Virus record (IMG/VR): IMGVR_UViG_3300028596_000012
Location: 1 to 60,670 of that record
Origin: a virus
Taxonomy: Duplodnaviria > Caudoviricetes
DNA: 60,670 nt
Strand: one strand, 5' to 3'
The notes beneath the pieces are model-generated. The model saw only the letters and a program-made list of their open reading frames with translations. It was not told the origin of the DNA and searched no databases. Positions 46,076-55,751 of this stretch are shown here, piece by piece (the stretch's first letter is position 1; each line of letters starts with the position of its first letter). Both the position numbers and the translations under genes were made by a program.

Positions 46076-48087
46076 AGCTTCGCCGCTACTCTCCGGCTGA
46101 ACTCCAGGCCTCGCCTGCCATCCAGCACCTCATGGTTGGTCATTGCCAGTTCTAGATTGGTTGCGGCGATGTGCTCCTCCACCGTTCCCAGACTCCGCAG
46201 GTAGTGGTAGAACACAGGCCTGGGGCGGGATACCCGGTGAATCCGGTCCTCCACCTGCTCCATGTTGTCGGGAACCAAGTCCTCGTCCAGCATGATCATG
46301 TGGTCCGCCGTGTCCAGCGTGATGGCGACACCGCCCGCCTTCAGGTTGAGGAACATGACGTGCGGAGAGTCCGTGCCGACCTCCTGGTTGAAGCGCGCGA
46401 TGGTATCCTCCCGGCGCTGGCCGGTAACCCGCCCGGTCAGCTCGCAGACCATATCGCTGCCGCCGCGTCGCTTGATCCAGTCCTTGTCCATCTTGGCGCG
46501 CAGAGCAGTCTGGAAAAGTGCCAGAACAGAAGTGAACTGGCTGACCACCACAACCTTCTCGGTGGGATCCTCGGGGAATCCCCACTCATCCAGGATTCCC
46601 ATCAGGTAGTCGAACTTGTTGGACGGCATCTTGGGGACGAACTCGTCATCTGGACCCAACCGGCCGGAGGCGGTAGCGAACTGCTTCAGACGAGTTAGCT
46701 CCGCAAGGATGCCGATCGGGTTGAGGTCTCCGCCCTCCATCTTTGCATGGCCCTGGCCCTGGATTTGGTCGTATAGCCTTCGTTGCTCGCCGTCCATGGG
46801 TAGCCATACCCCGACCAATTCTCGGTCGTGTACGTTGGAATCAGAGGCGTTTGCTGCCCCAGGCAGCGGAGTCCCGACGTAAGTCTTGGCCGGCATGTCG
46901 GGCGCTACCTCGACCTTGGTGCGCCGAAGCATTACCCGGTTGAGCTCGTGGTAGAGCGCCTTCTCGTTCTTGGGCTCGCCAATTTGCCGGCTCCCGCCCC
47001 AGCCGTTGCTCACCTCGTAGTGCATCTCGATCCAGCGCCACTTGGAGGAGTAGACCTTGGGCAGCATCCAGTTCAGGTAGCCCCACAGCAGGAAAGGCTT
47101 GCCGTGCATGGGGGTCCCGGTCATCGGTATGCGTAGCCCGCCGGGGCGGACCTTCAGGCACTCCGCCCCGATTCGAGCCTGCGTCTGGGAGGCATTCCGG
47201 TGCAACAGAATCCGGTCCGCCTCGTCCATCACGACTGCGCCGTACTCCAGCGCGAACAGCTGGGGAAAGTTAGTATCTTCCTGGACCTTGATCTGCTCCG
47301 AGGAGAAGTCCTGCGAGTGCTCGAAGTTGGTGACGCAGTCCAAAGACTTCCGCCCCGCCTTCCACTGCGTGAGCTTCTGGCACCGGGGACAGACCCACCA
47401 CCGCTTGATCCTCAGCATCTCCGGGTGAACCACCAGGAAAGCGCTTTCCGGACGGTATGCCATCCAGAGATCGCTGCCCGGTTCGGCCTTGACCGCCCGT
47501 GTGAACTCATCCAGGATGCGGTCTCGGACGGCCCGTCCGTCCGGCACCGTGATCGCTTGCGCGCCGGGCCACCAGCGCGGGATCTCGTTTTTCCAGACCG
47601 CGTGCGTAGCCGTCTTGGGGGCCACCACCAGGTACGGGCCGGGGACGCCGGACTCGATGATCCCGCCCAGGGCCTCCAGGGTCTTGCCCAACCCGGGCTG
47701 GTCACCGATCAGCACGTTCCGCCCCTCCGCGATGAAGCGGGCGGCCACGCGCTGATACGTCCGGGAAGCCATTGCCTTGGCGAGAACCGGGGAGACGTCA
47801 GGCACCCGCAGCAAATCTGCGTCGGAGGCGGAGCCAAGCGCCAGCAAGCGCTTCTCCTCCTCGATGGCCGTCCGAGCCCAAGAGGAAAGCGCTTTCCCGA
47901 CCCGCAACTGGTCACCGAATCGACCCCGGAGCGCGTGGCACGCAGCCAGGCTCAACGGTATCATCCAGTGGGCTGGCTGGGCACCCTTCTTGGGCTCGAA
48001 CCGCGCGCCAGGAACCGTCTTGGCTAGGCCAGGCGTATACCCGCCCTCCAGCCGTATCCGGTCCCTGTCGAGCTCTATGGAGATCAC
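46072..48087 (-). CDS. SNF2-family DNA helicase
   Basis: GDQPGLGKT, VVAP, MDEAD, TGTP, LRRTK, Q..DRIHR. Confidence 0.92.
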   Translation of the reverse strand: MISIELDRDRIRLEGGYTPGLAKTVPGARFEPKKGAQPAHWMIPLSLAACHALRGRFGDQLRVGKALSSWARTAIEEEKRLLALGSASDADLLRVPDVSPVLAKAMASRTYQRVAARFIAEGRNVLIGDQPGLGKTLEALGGIIESGVPGPYLVVAPKTATHAVWKNEIPRWWPGAQAITVPDGRAVRDRILDEFTRAVKAEPGSDLWMAYRPESAFLVVHPEMLRIKRWWVCPRCQKLTQWKAGRKSLDCVTNFEHSQDFSSEQIKVQEDTNFPQLFALEYGAVVMDEADRILLHRNASQTQARIGAECLKVRPGGLRIPMTGTPMHGKPFLLWGYLNWMLPKVYSSKWRWIEMHYEVSNGWGGSRQIGEPKNEKALYHELNRVMLRRTKVEVAPDMPAKTYVGTPLPGAANASDSNVHDRELVGVWLPMDGEQRRLYDQIQGQGHAKMEGGDLNPIGILAELTRLKQFATASGRLGPDDEFVPKMPSNKFDYLMGILDEWGFPEDPTEKVVVVSQFTSVLALFQTALRAKMDKDWIKRRGGSDMVCELTGRVTGQRREDTIARFNQEVGTDSPHVMFLNLKAGGVAITLDTADHMIMLDEDLVPDNMEQVEDRIHRVSRPRPVFYHYLRSLGTVEEHIAATNLELAMTNHEVLDGRRGLEFSRRVAAKL

Positions 48088-48253
48088 GACGCCTCCTGAG
48101 ATTCTACGCAGTAAGTGATCTCCAGAGATCCATCCAGTATGGCCATGAGCATGTCCACGGCATCCGGCGTCCGGTCCATATGGAGGAACTCGACCGTCAA
48201 TTCAGACATCTCCTCCAGGGAGTAGTCCGGGATCTCAAGCGCTAGACGGATCT

Positions 48254-48547
48254 TCATCCCCATGGCCTCTCAAAGTGGTCCAGCGGCTCGATTTCGTCGG
48301 CCTCCCAGTCGGCCTGCTCCGGGGAGGTCTCGTACTCCCGGATCCGCGCGGCCTTTTCGGCGGCTTCCAGGGCAGAGCCTTCCAGGAAAGCCCGGTCGCA
48401 CTCCGCCTCGAAGGCTGCTGCATCCCCGCGCCAGGCCTGCCGTCCGGCGGCTGCTACGTGCTCCGTATCCGCGTCGTAGCATTCCGCGTCCTCGCGGTCC
48501 ATGGCAACCTGGTCCTCGCGGCGGAACGGGTGCGGGCGGTTTCCCAT
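48254..48547 (-). CDS. Hypothetical acidic protein
   Basis: TAATG coupling, GGAGG RBS. Confidence 0.55.
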   Translation of the reverse strand: MGNRPHPFRREDQVAMDREDAECYDADTEHVAAAGRQAWRGDAAAFEAECDRAFLEGSALEAAEKAARIREYETSPEQADWEADEIEPLDHFERPWG

Positions 48548-48804
48548 TACGGACACACCTCCAGGAAGTCATCCTCCTGGATGTGCATTAGGCACATGAC
48601 GTACTCCATGTCGCCCAGCTTCAGGAGGTATGCCCCGGCGAGCGGGCGGGACTCCAGGTACGATCCACCGCTGGATTTGGCGACCTCCTCGCAGTCCTGG
48701 CAGAAATCCTCCGCGAACCAGTCCGCGCGGACCTGCTCGATCTCATCCGCCGGGGTGTGCTCGCCCTGCGGGAACCAGTCCACCAGCAAGTGATCCTTCG
48801 GCAT
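48547..48804 (-). CDS. Hypothetical CxxC/CxxH protein
   Basis: AAGGGGA RBS; directly under a promoter cassette. Confidence 0.6.
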   Translation of the reverse strand: MPKDHLLVDWFPQGEHTPADEIEQVRADWFAEDFCQDCEEVAKSSGGSYLESRPLAGAYLLKLGDMEYVMCLMHIQEDDFLEVCP

Positions 48805-48943
48805 TTCCGTCCCCTTCCGTCTCCAACGTCACTGACTCTACGCCACTGGCGCGCGGAACGCTACCCGTAGACCAGCACTGCGGCGCATAGACCGGCGCTG
48901 GCCGCCGAGAGAACGGCGACCAGCAGCATCAACGGCCAGACCC

Positions 48944-49813
48944 TCATTCCGACACCTTCTGCGCACGCTTCCGGAGGGACCCGCCCACCCGCACGATGTC
49001 GTCCAGCCGGCAAGCCTTGAAGCCCTCGGGAGAGACGAACTGCAGCGTCCGCCCGGACGGGGCGTCAACCAATCGGAAGTACTTGGAGGACCGGTCCGTC
49101 ACCTGGGCGGTCTCCGTGCCCCGGGTGATCCGGTTGGTCCACTCGATGGTCTTGCCGGCGAGGATAGAGGCCAGCTCGGCCTCCGTAGCCGTACCTGGGT
49201 CAAACGGCAGCTTGGACCGCTTGGGGGCTCCGCCCTCCGCCGCCTTGGCCTTGTTGAAGGTCCGGTTGCGCACTACGCGCTCCAGATCCTTTTCCGCCTC
49301 TGCGACGGGGCGGGTCCCGAGCTTGATGGCGGCGGAGACGTTCCGGACCTTGGTAACGCGGTCCCCGATGGCGTGGGCGGTCTCCTCGTAGTTGAAGACT
49401 CCGGCGTCCCACGTCACCGTCAGCGCCTCCTGGCCCCGGGTGAAGGTGGCGGTCACCCGCCCGGCTTCGCCAGCCACCAGGGACGCGTAAACCCACCCGG
49501 AGTCCATCAGAGCGGCCTGGATCTTGAGAGCCTTGGCCGCGCCCTTCGCGTCCGCCTCCGCCTCGGCAGCGTTGGAGCTAGGGGCTTCCGGGATGTACTC
49601 CCCGCCGGGGCTGTCGGCGTCCTGCGGGAGGAGATCCTGCTCGGCGTTGGCCAGCCGGTACTCCTCCGCGCGGGAGGCCTTCTTCTCCGCGTTCAAGATC
49701 GCGTTCAGGAGGTCGCCCTTGCGCTGCTTGGATACCGACTTGACGCCCAGGACCAGTAGGCGCGTCTTCAACTCCGGTATGGTCATCTGGCCGTAGTTCT
49801 CGCTGGTGGTCAT
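48944..49813 (-). CDS. Early protein with an N-terminal Rho_N/HeH-like motif
   Basis: MTIPELKTRLLVLGVKSVSKQRKGDLLNAI. Confidence 0.65.
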   Translation of the reverse strand: MTTSENYGQMTIPELKTRLLVLGVKSVSKQRKGDLLNAILNAEKKASRAEEYRLANAEQDLLPQDADSPGGEYIPEAPSSNAAEAEADAKGAAKALKIQAALMDSGWVYASLVAGEAGRVTATFTRGQEALTVTWDAGVFNYEETAHAIGDRVTKVRNVSAAIKLGTRPVAEAEKDLERVVRNRTFNKAKAAEGGAPKRSKLPFDPGTATEAELASILAGKTIEWTNRITRGTETAQVTDRSSKYFRLVDAPSGRTLQFVSPEGFKACRLDDIVRVGGSLRKRAQKVSE

Positions 49814-49900
49814 GGTGTCCCCTTAGGTAGGCCTTCTCCAACGTTGCTTACGTTACTCCACCACCGGGGGATTGGCTACCCCCGGTGGCAAGATTTTTTG

Positions 49901-50260
49901 CTACTTGGTGATCGCGACGTACGCGCTCCACAGCGTCCCAATCAGCGCGTACGCGCTCCGCGCCTCCGCTGTGACCTTGACCGCGCGCTCTGCGTAGGTA
50001 CGGCACCAGTCCGCCCGGTCGGCCGTCGGCCGCGCAGCGAACTCCTGGGCTGCCCGCTCCAGGCTGGAGGCGATGGCGGCCTGCTCGCTCTCCGCGCGAG
50101 CCAGGTCCATCAGCGCGATGGAGATCTGGAGAAGCAGATGCGCTTCGCCGTCTCGGTGACCGTCGGATGCGTCCTGGTACATCCGGTCCACGTCGTGCTG
50201 GCTGGTTCCCAGCATCATCCCGTTGAGGGCGGTCTGGTAAAGGCTGAACGTCGCGTCCAT
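49901..50260 (-). CDS. Hypothetical helical early protein
   Basis: AAGGGGA RBS before ATG 50260. Confidence 0.6.
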   Translation of the reverse strand: MDATFSLYQTALNGMMLGTSQHDVDRMYQDASDGHRDGEAHLLLQISIALMDLARAESEQAAIASSLERAAQEFAARPTADRADWCRTYAERAVKVTAEARSAYALIGTLWSAYVAITK

Positions 50261-50346
50261 CTTGGTCCCCTTAGCTCGGTCTTGCTCCAACACCAACTAC
50301 GTTACGCCACCGGGGCGGGATTGGCTACCCGCCCCGGCAACTTTTC

Positions 50347-50817
50347 TCAGGGCTTGACGCTCCGGAGGGTCGTCACGGTCGCGGCCTTCTTCGCGGGAGC
50401 CCGCTTGGCCGGGGCGCGCCGGATCGGCTTGGGCTTGGCCATCAGGACGGCCGTGGCCACCGCCATCATGGCGTCCACCGGCACCGGCATCAGGTGGGCG
50501 CTGACGACGCCTTCCCCGGCGCGGAGGGCCAGCTCGACGATGTGCCAGTAGCTGACCCATCCGGCCACACCGGCCACCAGCGCCACCATCAGCTTGATCC
50601 ACCAGACGCGCGGCGCGTGCTGGAAGAGGTGGACCGTAAGCAGGAGGGCCACGGCCGGCCACGCGCTGACCGCCCGGCCGATCGCGGTGGGCTCCGCCAC
50701 CAGGACGTTCGCGGCTACGGAAGCCGCCGCCCCCAGCAGGAACGTCCCGCCCGCCCAGCGCTTGGTGGTCCGCGCGGCCTGCTCCGCCTTCTCCGCCACC
50801 GTCATCCGCTTCGCCAT
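50347..50817 (-). CDS. DUF2637-like membrane protein
   Basis: SVAANV, SAWPAVALL, SYWH, P..VD motifs; four transmembrane helices. Confidence 0.7.
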   Translation of the reverse strand: MAKRMTVAEKAEQAARTTKRWAGGTFLLGAAASVAANVLVAEPTAIGRAVSAWPAVALLLTVHLFQHAPRVWWIKLMVALVAGVAGWVSYWHIVELALRAGEGVVSAHLMPVPVDAMMAVATAVLMAKPKPIRRAPAKRAPAKKAATVTTLRSVKP

Positions 50818-50952
50818 CTCGATCCCCTTAGGTAGGTATTTCTCCAACACAACGAACGTTACTCCAGGCTGGGTATCCCCGCTACCCCTCCGGCAAGATT
50901 TTTTGCTGCTGCCCCGGTCCCGGGGGCCTTTCGACCCCCGGTCCTGCGTGGG

Positions 50953-51282
50953 CTACGCCGCAACCAGCTCGCGGAGGTCCTGGCGGATGGCCCTGAGCTC
51001 GCGCTTCTGCTCGTGGGAGAGGTCGTTGTTGCAGGTGAAGCAGGTGGGCCGGATGTTGGTCCGGACGTACCGCCCGCCCAGGCACCCCGGGACGATCCGG
51101 TCCACGTTCATGGTCTCGTAGGAGACCAGTCCCTCGCAGCGGTCCATCGCCGCCGCGCACTGGACCTTCTCGCCATTCCCGCCGAAGCCGGCCTCCGGGC
51201 TCAGCAGCCACATCCGCCGCGCCGCGCGGTCCCGAGCGTTTCCGCGTCCGCCGTCGCCGTTCGCGTTCGTCGACTTCTTCAT
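50953..51282 (-). CDS. HNH-like endonuclease domain protein
   Basis: VDRIVP...GG.Y...NIRPTCFTCN. Confidence 0.75.
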   Translation of the reverse strand: MKKSTNANGDGGRGNARDRAARRMWLLSPEAGFGGNGEKVQCAAAMDRCEGLVSYETMNVDRIVPGCLGGRYVRTNIRPTCFTCNNDLSHEQKRELRAIRQDLRELVAA

Positions 51283-51417
51283 CTTGGTCCCCTTAGCTCG
51301 TGTTCTCCAACAACACGAACGTTACCCTGGGGCCAAGTTGGCGCGCTACCCCCTATGGCAACTTTTTCCAAGATTCTTTTGGAGCGTCATAGGATGCAGC
51401 GCAGACCCCCGGAAACG

Positions 51418-51444
51418 AAGCAGGAGCCCCGGAGGGCTCCTGCG
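51418..51444 (-). terminator. Intrinsic terminator
   Basis: GCAGGAGCCC/GGGCTCCTGC stem followed by TTCGTTT, after gene 51456-51767. Confidence 0.65.
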
Positions 51445-51455
51445 GTAGGGAAGGC

Positions 51456-51767
51456 CTAGGCCCCCATCGCTCGGAGCCCCTCACTGGCGTTCCGGACCTT
51501 CTTGGCGCTGCCGTTGGTGGCCTGAGCGGTCCCGGAGAGGAAGGCTCCCCGTGCTGCGTCCCAGATCATCGTGACGTTGACCGCGCCCTTGGCGCGGAGG
51601 GTGGTGATGCCGTCCTTGGTGCTGACGGTGACCTTGAAGCCGTCCGGGGCCTGCGCCTTGACTGCGTCGGCCTTGGCCTTGCCGGCTGCGCGGATCGGGA
51701 CCGTGATCCGCATCCCAGCGCGGGAGGTGCCGGCGCGGGGCTGTGTGCTCTGGTCGTTGGTGGTCAT
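51456..51767 (-). CDS. Hypothetical basic early protein
   Basis: AAGGAG RBS; own promoter cassette. Confidence 0.65.
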   Translation of the reverse strand: MTTNDQSTQPRAGTSRAGMRITVPIRAAGKAKADAVKAQAPDGFKVTVSTKDGITTLRAKGAVNVTMIWDAARGAFLSGTAQATNGSAKKVRNASEGLRAMGA

Positions 51768-51842
51768 CTTGGTCTCCTTCGTTGTCGCTCCCCTTACGAC
51801 ACGAACGTTACTCCAACTAGGCCCAGCCTGGCTACAACTTTG

Positions 51843-52547
51843 TCAAGATCCTTGTACTGGAGAGCGCTCTCTGTCGATCAGATGCCTGATCATCCGGCGC
51901 CCAACGTAGCTTCCGTATATTGGAGGGATGGCTTCCGCCAGCTCAGACATGGTCATCCAGTCTATCTCCATGACGTCCTGCCATACCTTCTTTTCTCCCA
52001 TCCCGAGACCACATCCTCGACCGTACACGCCAACCACTCCAGACCATCGTTTCTCTTTACCTCTGTGGTATCGGCTCTGCCGGTAAAGCGGGTCCCGATC
52101 CTGCCAGGAGTGATCACAAGGCGGAGCTACCAGAGGGAAGTTCACCTCGAAGCCACGGTGACGACGGACGCGTAAGCCAAACGAGCTGCCACAGAGCCAT
52201 ACGGAAGAGGATAGCAAAGAGCTGCCCTCTACATTCTCGATGCTATACGGCTTGCCCGTAGCCATAAGCAACAGGCGTGTATCTGGTATCAGATCCAGAT
52301 GCCCCCCTCTCGCCCAGGATGGCGTGATTGCCGATGCAACCTGACAAGGCGGGCTGGCGTGGTATGCATCAAATGTGGACATGAAGTCTAAGTCTGACAT
52401 GACTTCCAAAGCGTCAGCCTTGATGAACTCGAAAGGGTATCTAGGCTGCGCCTTATGGTCCACGCCAACCACTTCAAATCCTGCTGCAGCAAGACCAGCG
52501 GCCATTCCTCCGGCCTTGCAAAATAGGTCCAGCAATCTATACGCCAT
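51843..52547 (-). CDS. DNA cytosine-C5 methyltransferase (compact)
   Basis: LDLFCKAGG (motif I), SPPCQ (IV), IENV (VI), RRHR (VIII), EAIPP.Y (X). Confidence 0.85.
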   Translation of the reverse strand: MAYRLLDLFCKAGGMAAGLAAAGFEVVGVDHKAQPRYPFEFIKADALEVMSDLDFMSTFDAYHASPPCQVASAITPSWARGGHLDLIPDTRLLLMATGKPYSIENVEGSSLLSSSVWLCGSSFGLRVRRHRGFEVNFPLVAPPCDHSWQDRDPLYRQSRYHRGKEKRWSGVVGVYGRGCGLGMGEKKVWQDVMEIDWMTMSELAEAIPPIYGSYVGRRMIRHLIDRERSPVQGS

Positions 52548-52671
52548 TATAGGACTTACCTCCGAGCCTAATTCTACCCAGGCCGCCACATGACGCAGGT
52601 AGGGGCGGAGCCTTCTTAGCGTCCGCCCCCACCGCGTCTCCCCGGGGGCTCGTGGCCCCCGGGGGCGTCTC

Positions 52672-53697
52672 TCAGCCTAGCGCTCCGCGCACCACCCGCG
52701 TGGTCTCACGCTCGTCCGGCGTGCGGTCGTCCAGACGCCGGGACGGAGCGCTGCCGTCCAGGGCTACGGAGTCCGCCGCGCTCCGGCCCGCAGCCCGCGC
52801 AGCCTGCGCCTCCGGACGTTCTGCCCGCTCCCAGCGCCGGATGTCGGCCTTGGTGAGGCGGTAGGGCTTGGGGGCCCTCTTGCCCTTCTCCGTGGGCGCT
52901 ACGGCCCCAGCCGGGACCGGCCTGGCGTCCGGGTAGAGCGCGTAGAACGCCTCCGCCACGCGCTCCTCCCGGCCGTGGAGCGCCGGGAGCCCGCCGATCC
53001 GGTCAGCCGCGTCCCGCACCCGCCGCAGGCGCGCGTGGAACCGGTTCAGGAAGCCGTCCGCGTAGTTCTTGCGGTAGAGCTTGGCGTTGACACCCCGCCC
53101 GCTCAGGGCAGCGGTCTCCCCGCGCGCCGCGCACTCGGCCTTGTACAGCTTGGCGACCTTGCCGTGGGCGGGGCCGTCGTTGAAGGCGGAGCCCCACAGC
53201 TGGTTGGCGATCCGGTTGCGCTCCAGACCCGCGCGGCGCATCCGGTAGCAGTTCTCCTGGTCGGACGCGCTGGGGTCCGGCTTGGGTTCCAGGTGCTCCC
53301 CGAAGGCCATACGCGCGTTGGTGAAGAGAAGCTCCGCCATCCGGATGTCGCTTTCGTAGCCCACGACCGTGGCCTTCACAAGGTACTTGGTGCCGTCCCA
53401 GGCGTACGTGCTACGCACCCGGATTCCAACGTGACGGGCCGCCCACTCCAGGAGCGTTGCGTAGTGGGAGGCGAACTCGTCCGACTCGGTAACGTCCATC
53501 TGCTCTGTCACCGGGGCCAGCGTCTGCGGGTCGGCGGCGATCTTCGCCTCCTCCTCCACGCGGTACTTCCGCATGAGGGCTTCGGCCTTGGCACGCGCCG
53601 CGTCCGCCTCACCGGGCGGGGTCGTGGGGCGCTCGGCCATGTCCAGCAGCACGCGCACCTGGTTCAGGTACTTGGCCCGGAGGTCTTTGTCAGTCAT
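52672..53697 (-). CDS. DUF2786-domain protein
   Basis: VRVLLDMAE......EADAARAKAEALMRKY; VVGYESD. Confidence 0.8.
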   Translation of the reverse strand: MTDKDLRAKYLNQVRVLLDMAERPTTPPGEADAARAKAEALMRKYRVEEEAKIAADPQTLAPVTEQMDVTESDEFASHYATLLEWAARHVGIRVRSTYAWDGTKYLVKATVVGYESDIRMAELLFTNARMAFGEHLEPKPDPSASDQENCYRMRRAGLERNRIANQLWGSAFNDGPAHGKVAKLYKAECAARGETAALSGRGVNAKLYRKNYADGFLNRFHARLRRVRDAADRIGGLPALHGREERVAEAFYALYPDARPVPAGAVAPTEKGKRAPKPYRLTKADIRRWERAERPEAQAARAAGRSAADSVALDGSAPSRRLDDRTPDERETTRVVRGALG

Positions 53698-53782
53698 TTC
53701 GGTCCCCTTGGGTAGTACGTCTCCAACGTCACTGACTCTACGCCAAGGGGCGGGCAATGGCTACCCGCCCCCGGCATCAATT

Positions 53783-53998
53783 TCAGATGTGCGCCGTACG
53801 AGCCAGCGTAGCGGCCTTGACGTAGTCCCCGGCGCGGTAGGCGGCCTGAGCCTTGAAGATCTTGTCGTTCATCAGGCGCCTGCTGGCGGATCCGGCACGG
53901 GTCTGCGTCACCATCTTGGTGAGAGCGGCCTGGATAGCGTTGGTGGCCTGCTGCTTGAGCGGAACCAACTTAGCCGGGTTTGCCTTGGCCTTGTTCAT
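53783..53998 (-). CDS. Small basic early protein
   Basis: GGAGGT RBS; own promoter cassette. Confidence 0.6.
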   Translation of the reverse strand: MNKAKANPAKLVPLKQQATNAIQAALTKMVTQTRAGSASRRLMNDKIFKAQAAYRAGDYVKAATLARTAHI

Positions 53999-54053
53999 CT
54001 CTACCTCCTGGTTGACGTTCCCCTTACGCCAACTACGTTACGCCACCCTGGGG

Positions 54054-54278
54054 TCATCCGGTAGGGGTTCCGGCAACTTTCTCCGCCGCGTCGAACTCGA
54101 TCCAGCGCTTCAGCGTAGCCTCCGTCATGCCCTTCCAAGATTCCTGCCGAGCCTCGGACCGATATCCTTCCCGGATCTTCTCCACCAGGTCCACCAGAAG
54201 CTGCTCCTCCATCTCGGTGAGGTAGGAGTTCAACGCCTGGAGCGCCTCGTAGACTTCCTTGTCGGTGTTGGCGGCCAT
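54054..54278 (-). CDS. Hypothetical acidic protein
   Basis: Adjacent to the upstream ORF, GGGGAG RBS. Confidence 0.55.
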   Translation of the reverse strand: MAANTDKEVYEALQALNSYLTEMEEQLLVDLVEKIREGYRSEARQESWKGMTEATLKRWIEFDAAEKVAGTPTG

Positions 54279-54279
54279 G

Positions 54280-54537
54280 TCAGATCATCTCCCCGATGCC
54301 CTGCATGAGGGAAAGCACCCGGCTGGCATTCTCAGAAGCCTTCCCCTTTGCCTCGTTGGCCAGCGAGATAGCGGACCCCATCCGCCCCGGGTTGAACCCC
54401 CGCGCCGACAGGCCCTGCAGCCCATCCGCAATCTGATCCAGGTGCGCCACCAGCCCGCGCTGCATGACGTTTGCTTCCTCTGCCTGGTTCTTCAGCTGCT
54501 GAAGTAGGGCCTGCGCCTCTGATGCTGAAACGTCCAC
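54280..54537 (-). CDS. Hypothetical helical-hairpin protein
   Basis: AAGGGGA RBS; heptad pattern. Confidence 0.55.
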   Translation of the reverse strand: MDVSASEAQALLQQLKNQAEEANVMQRGLVAHLDQIADGLQGLSARGFNPGRMGSAISLANEAKGKASENASRVLSLMQGIGEMI

Positions 54538-54815
54538 TTGCGTCCCCTTCTAGGAGGGCGGGAGCCTCGGTTGGGCCCCCGCCCGGTTGCCTCTTAGAGC
54601 CGTCCGCCGTTCCGAAGCCTGAAGCCCCGGCTGGTCATCGTCCAGTCGCAGTCCGCGTGAACCGCCCGCAGCGCCACCTGAGCGCAAACGATGAGGATCT
54701 TAAATCCCAGACCCATGGTTCCCTTCCCGGAGGCGACTTGCCCCCTTCACCAATGACTATACGCCATTGGCGTAGCAAACGGAACCCCGGGTTGCCCCGG
54801 GGCTCCGCCCTCCGG

Positions 54816-55751
54816 CTACCAGGCCTGCTTGCCGGCGCAGATCGGTCCCATGCCGCGCTCGATGCTCTCCTCCTTGGTCAGGTCTCGGTGGCACCGGACG
54901 CAAACCCCGTAGAGCTCGCCGAACGCCTCGGCGTCCTCGGGCGTCATCAGCCAGGAGGCCTTGACACCAGCCTTGGCAGCTCCGCCTGCGTAATCCCAGC
55001 TGAGCTTGGCGCTGGCGGACTTCTCGCCGGTCAGCGGGATGCTGGTGAGAACGATATCCGGGCCAGCCGGCCAGTCGGAAGTCTCCAGCACCAGGCGCTT
55101 GAAGTAGAGGCGGCGGCCGTCGCCCTGTGCCCGGTTGAACTGGCCCTTGAAGATCTCCCCGGTCTCCGGGTTACGGAAGATACCGTCGGTCGTCGCCAGG
55201 TCGTTAGCGTTGGAGCTAGGGGCGAATACGGCCGCCGTACGCGCCTCCATGCGCTTCACGTCCTTGGCGTCGTACGCCGCGCCGTCAGAGTAGACCTCGT
55301 GGAAGTCGCTGCGGACCTTGGCGGAGCGCTCCTCGCGCACCCGGTCCTTGAGGCGGTCGATCTCCTGGGAAGCCAGACGGGTGCTGACGATCACGTCCCA
55401 GCGGAACTCGGGGGAGACTCCGCCCAGCTGCTCCAGCAGGTCGTAAATGAAGTCGTACTGCGGACCGCTGCCGCCGAAGCCGGCCTCGATCTGCCGCCCC
55501 TTGGGGGTGACCCGGACAGCCTGCCGAGCCGGGGCGGTAGCGGTGAACGCCCCCCGGTTGCTGCGGGGGAGGATGCCCTCGCGCTCCATGTCGCGGATAC
55601 CGGCGTCGATCTTGGCCAGCTCACCGGTGGTGAGGATGACGTCGCCGTAGGTCTTCTCTCCGCCCTTGGCGCCCGCGCAGCAGGCCCGTACGTCCAGGAT
55701 GGTCGGGTGGTAGATGTTCTCGGTTCCGTGGTTCCCGCACTTGATGCTCAT
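54816..55751 (-). CDS. DUF6011-domain protein
   Basis: C-terminal GVCVRCHRDLTKEESIERGMGPICA. Confidence 0.8.
   Translation of the reverse strand: MSIKCGNHGTENIYHPTILDVRACCAGAKGGEKTYGDVILTTGELAKIDAGIRDMEREGILPRSNRGAFTATAPARQAVRVTPKGRQIEAGFGGSGPQYDFIYDLLEQLGGVSPEFRWDVIVSTRLASQEIDRLKDRVREERSAKVRSDFHEVYSDGAAYDAKDVKRMEARTAAVFAPSSNANDLATTDGIFRNPETGEIFKGQFNRAQGDGRRLYFKRLVLETSDWPAGPDIVLTSIPLTGEKSASAKLSWDYAGGAAKAGVKASWLMTPEDAEAFGELYGVCVRCHRDLTKEESIERGMGPICAGKQAW

Noticed and set aside
54280-54537. WXG100/ESAT-6-like mimic
   Set aside because: Size and helicity fit, but there is no WxG motif; too weak without a profile search.
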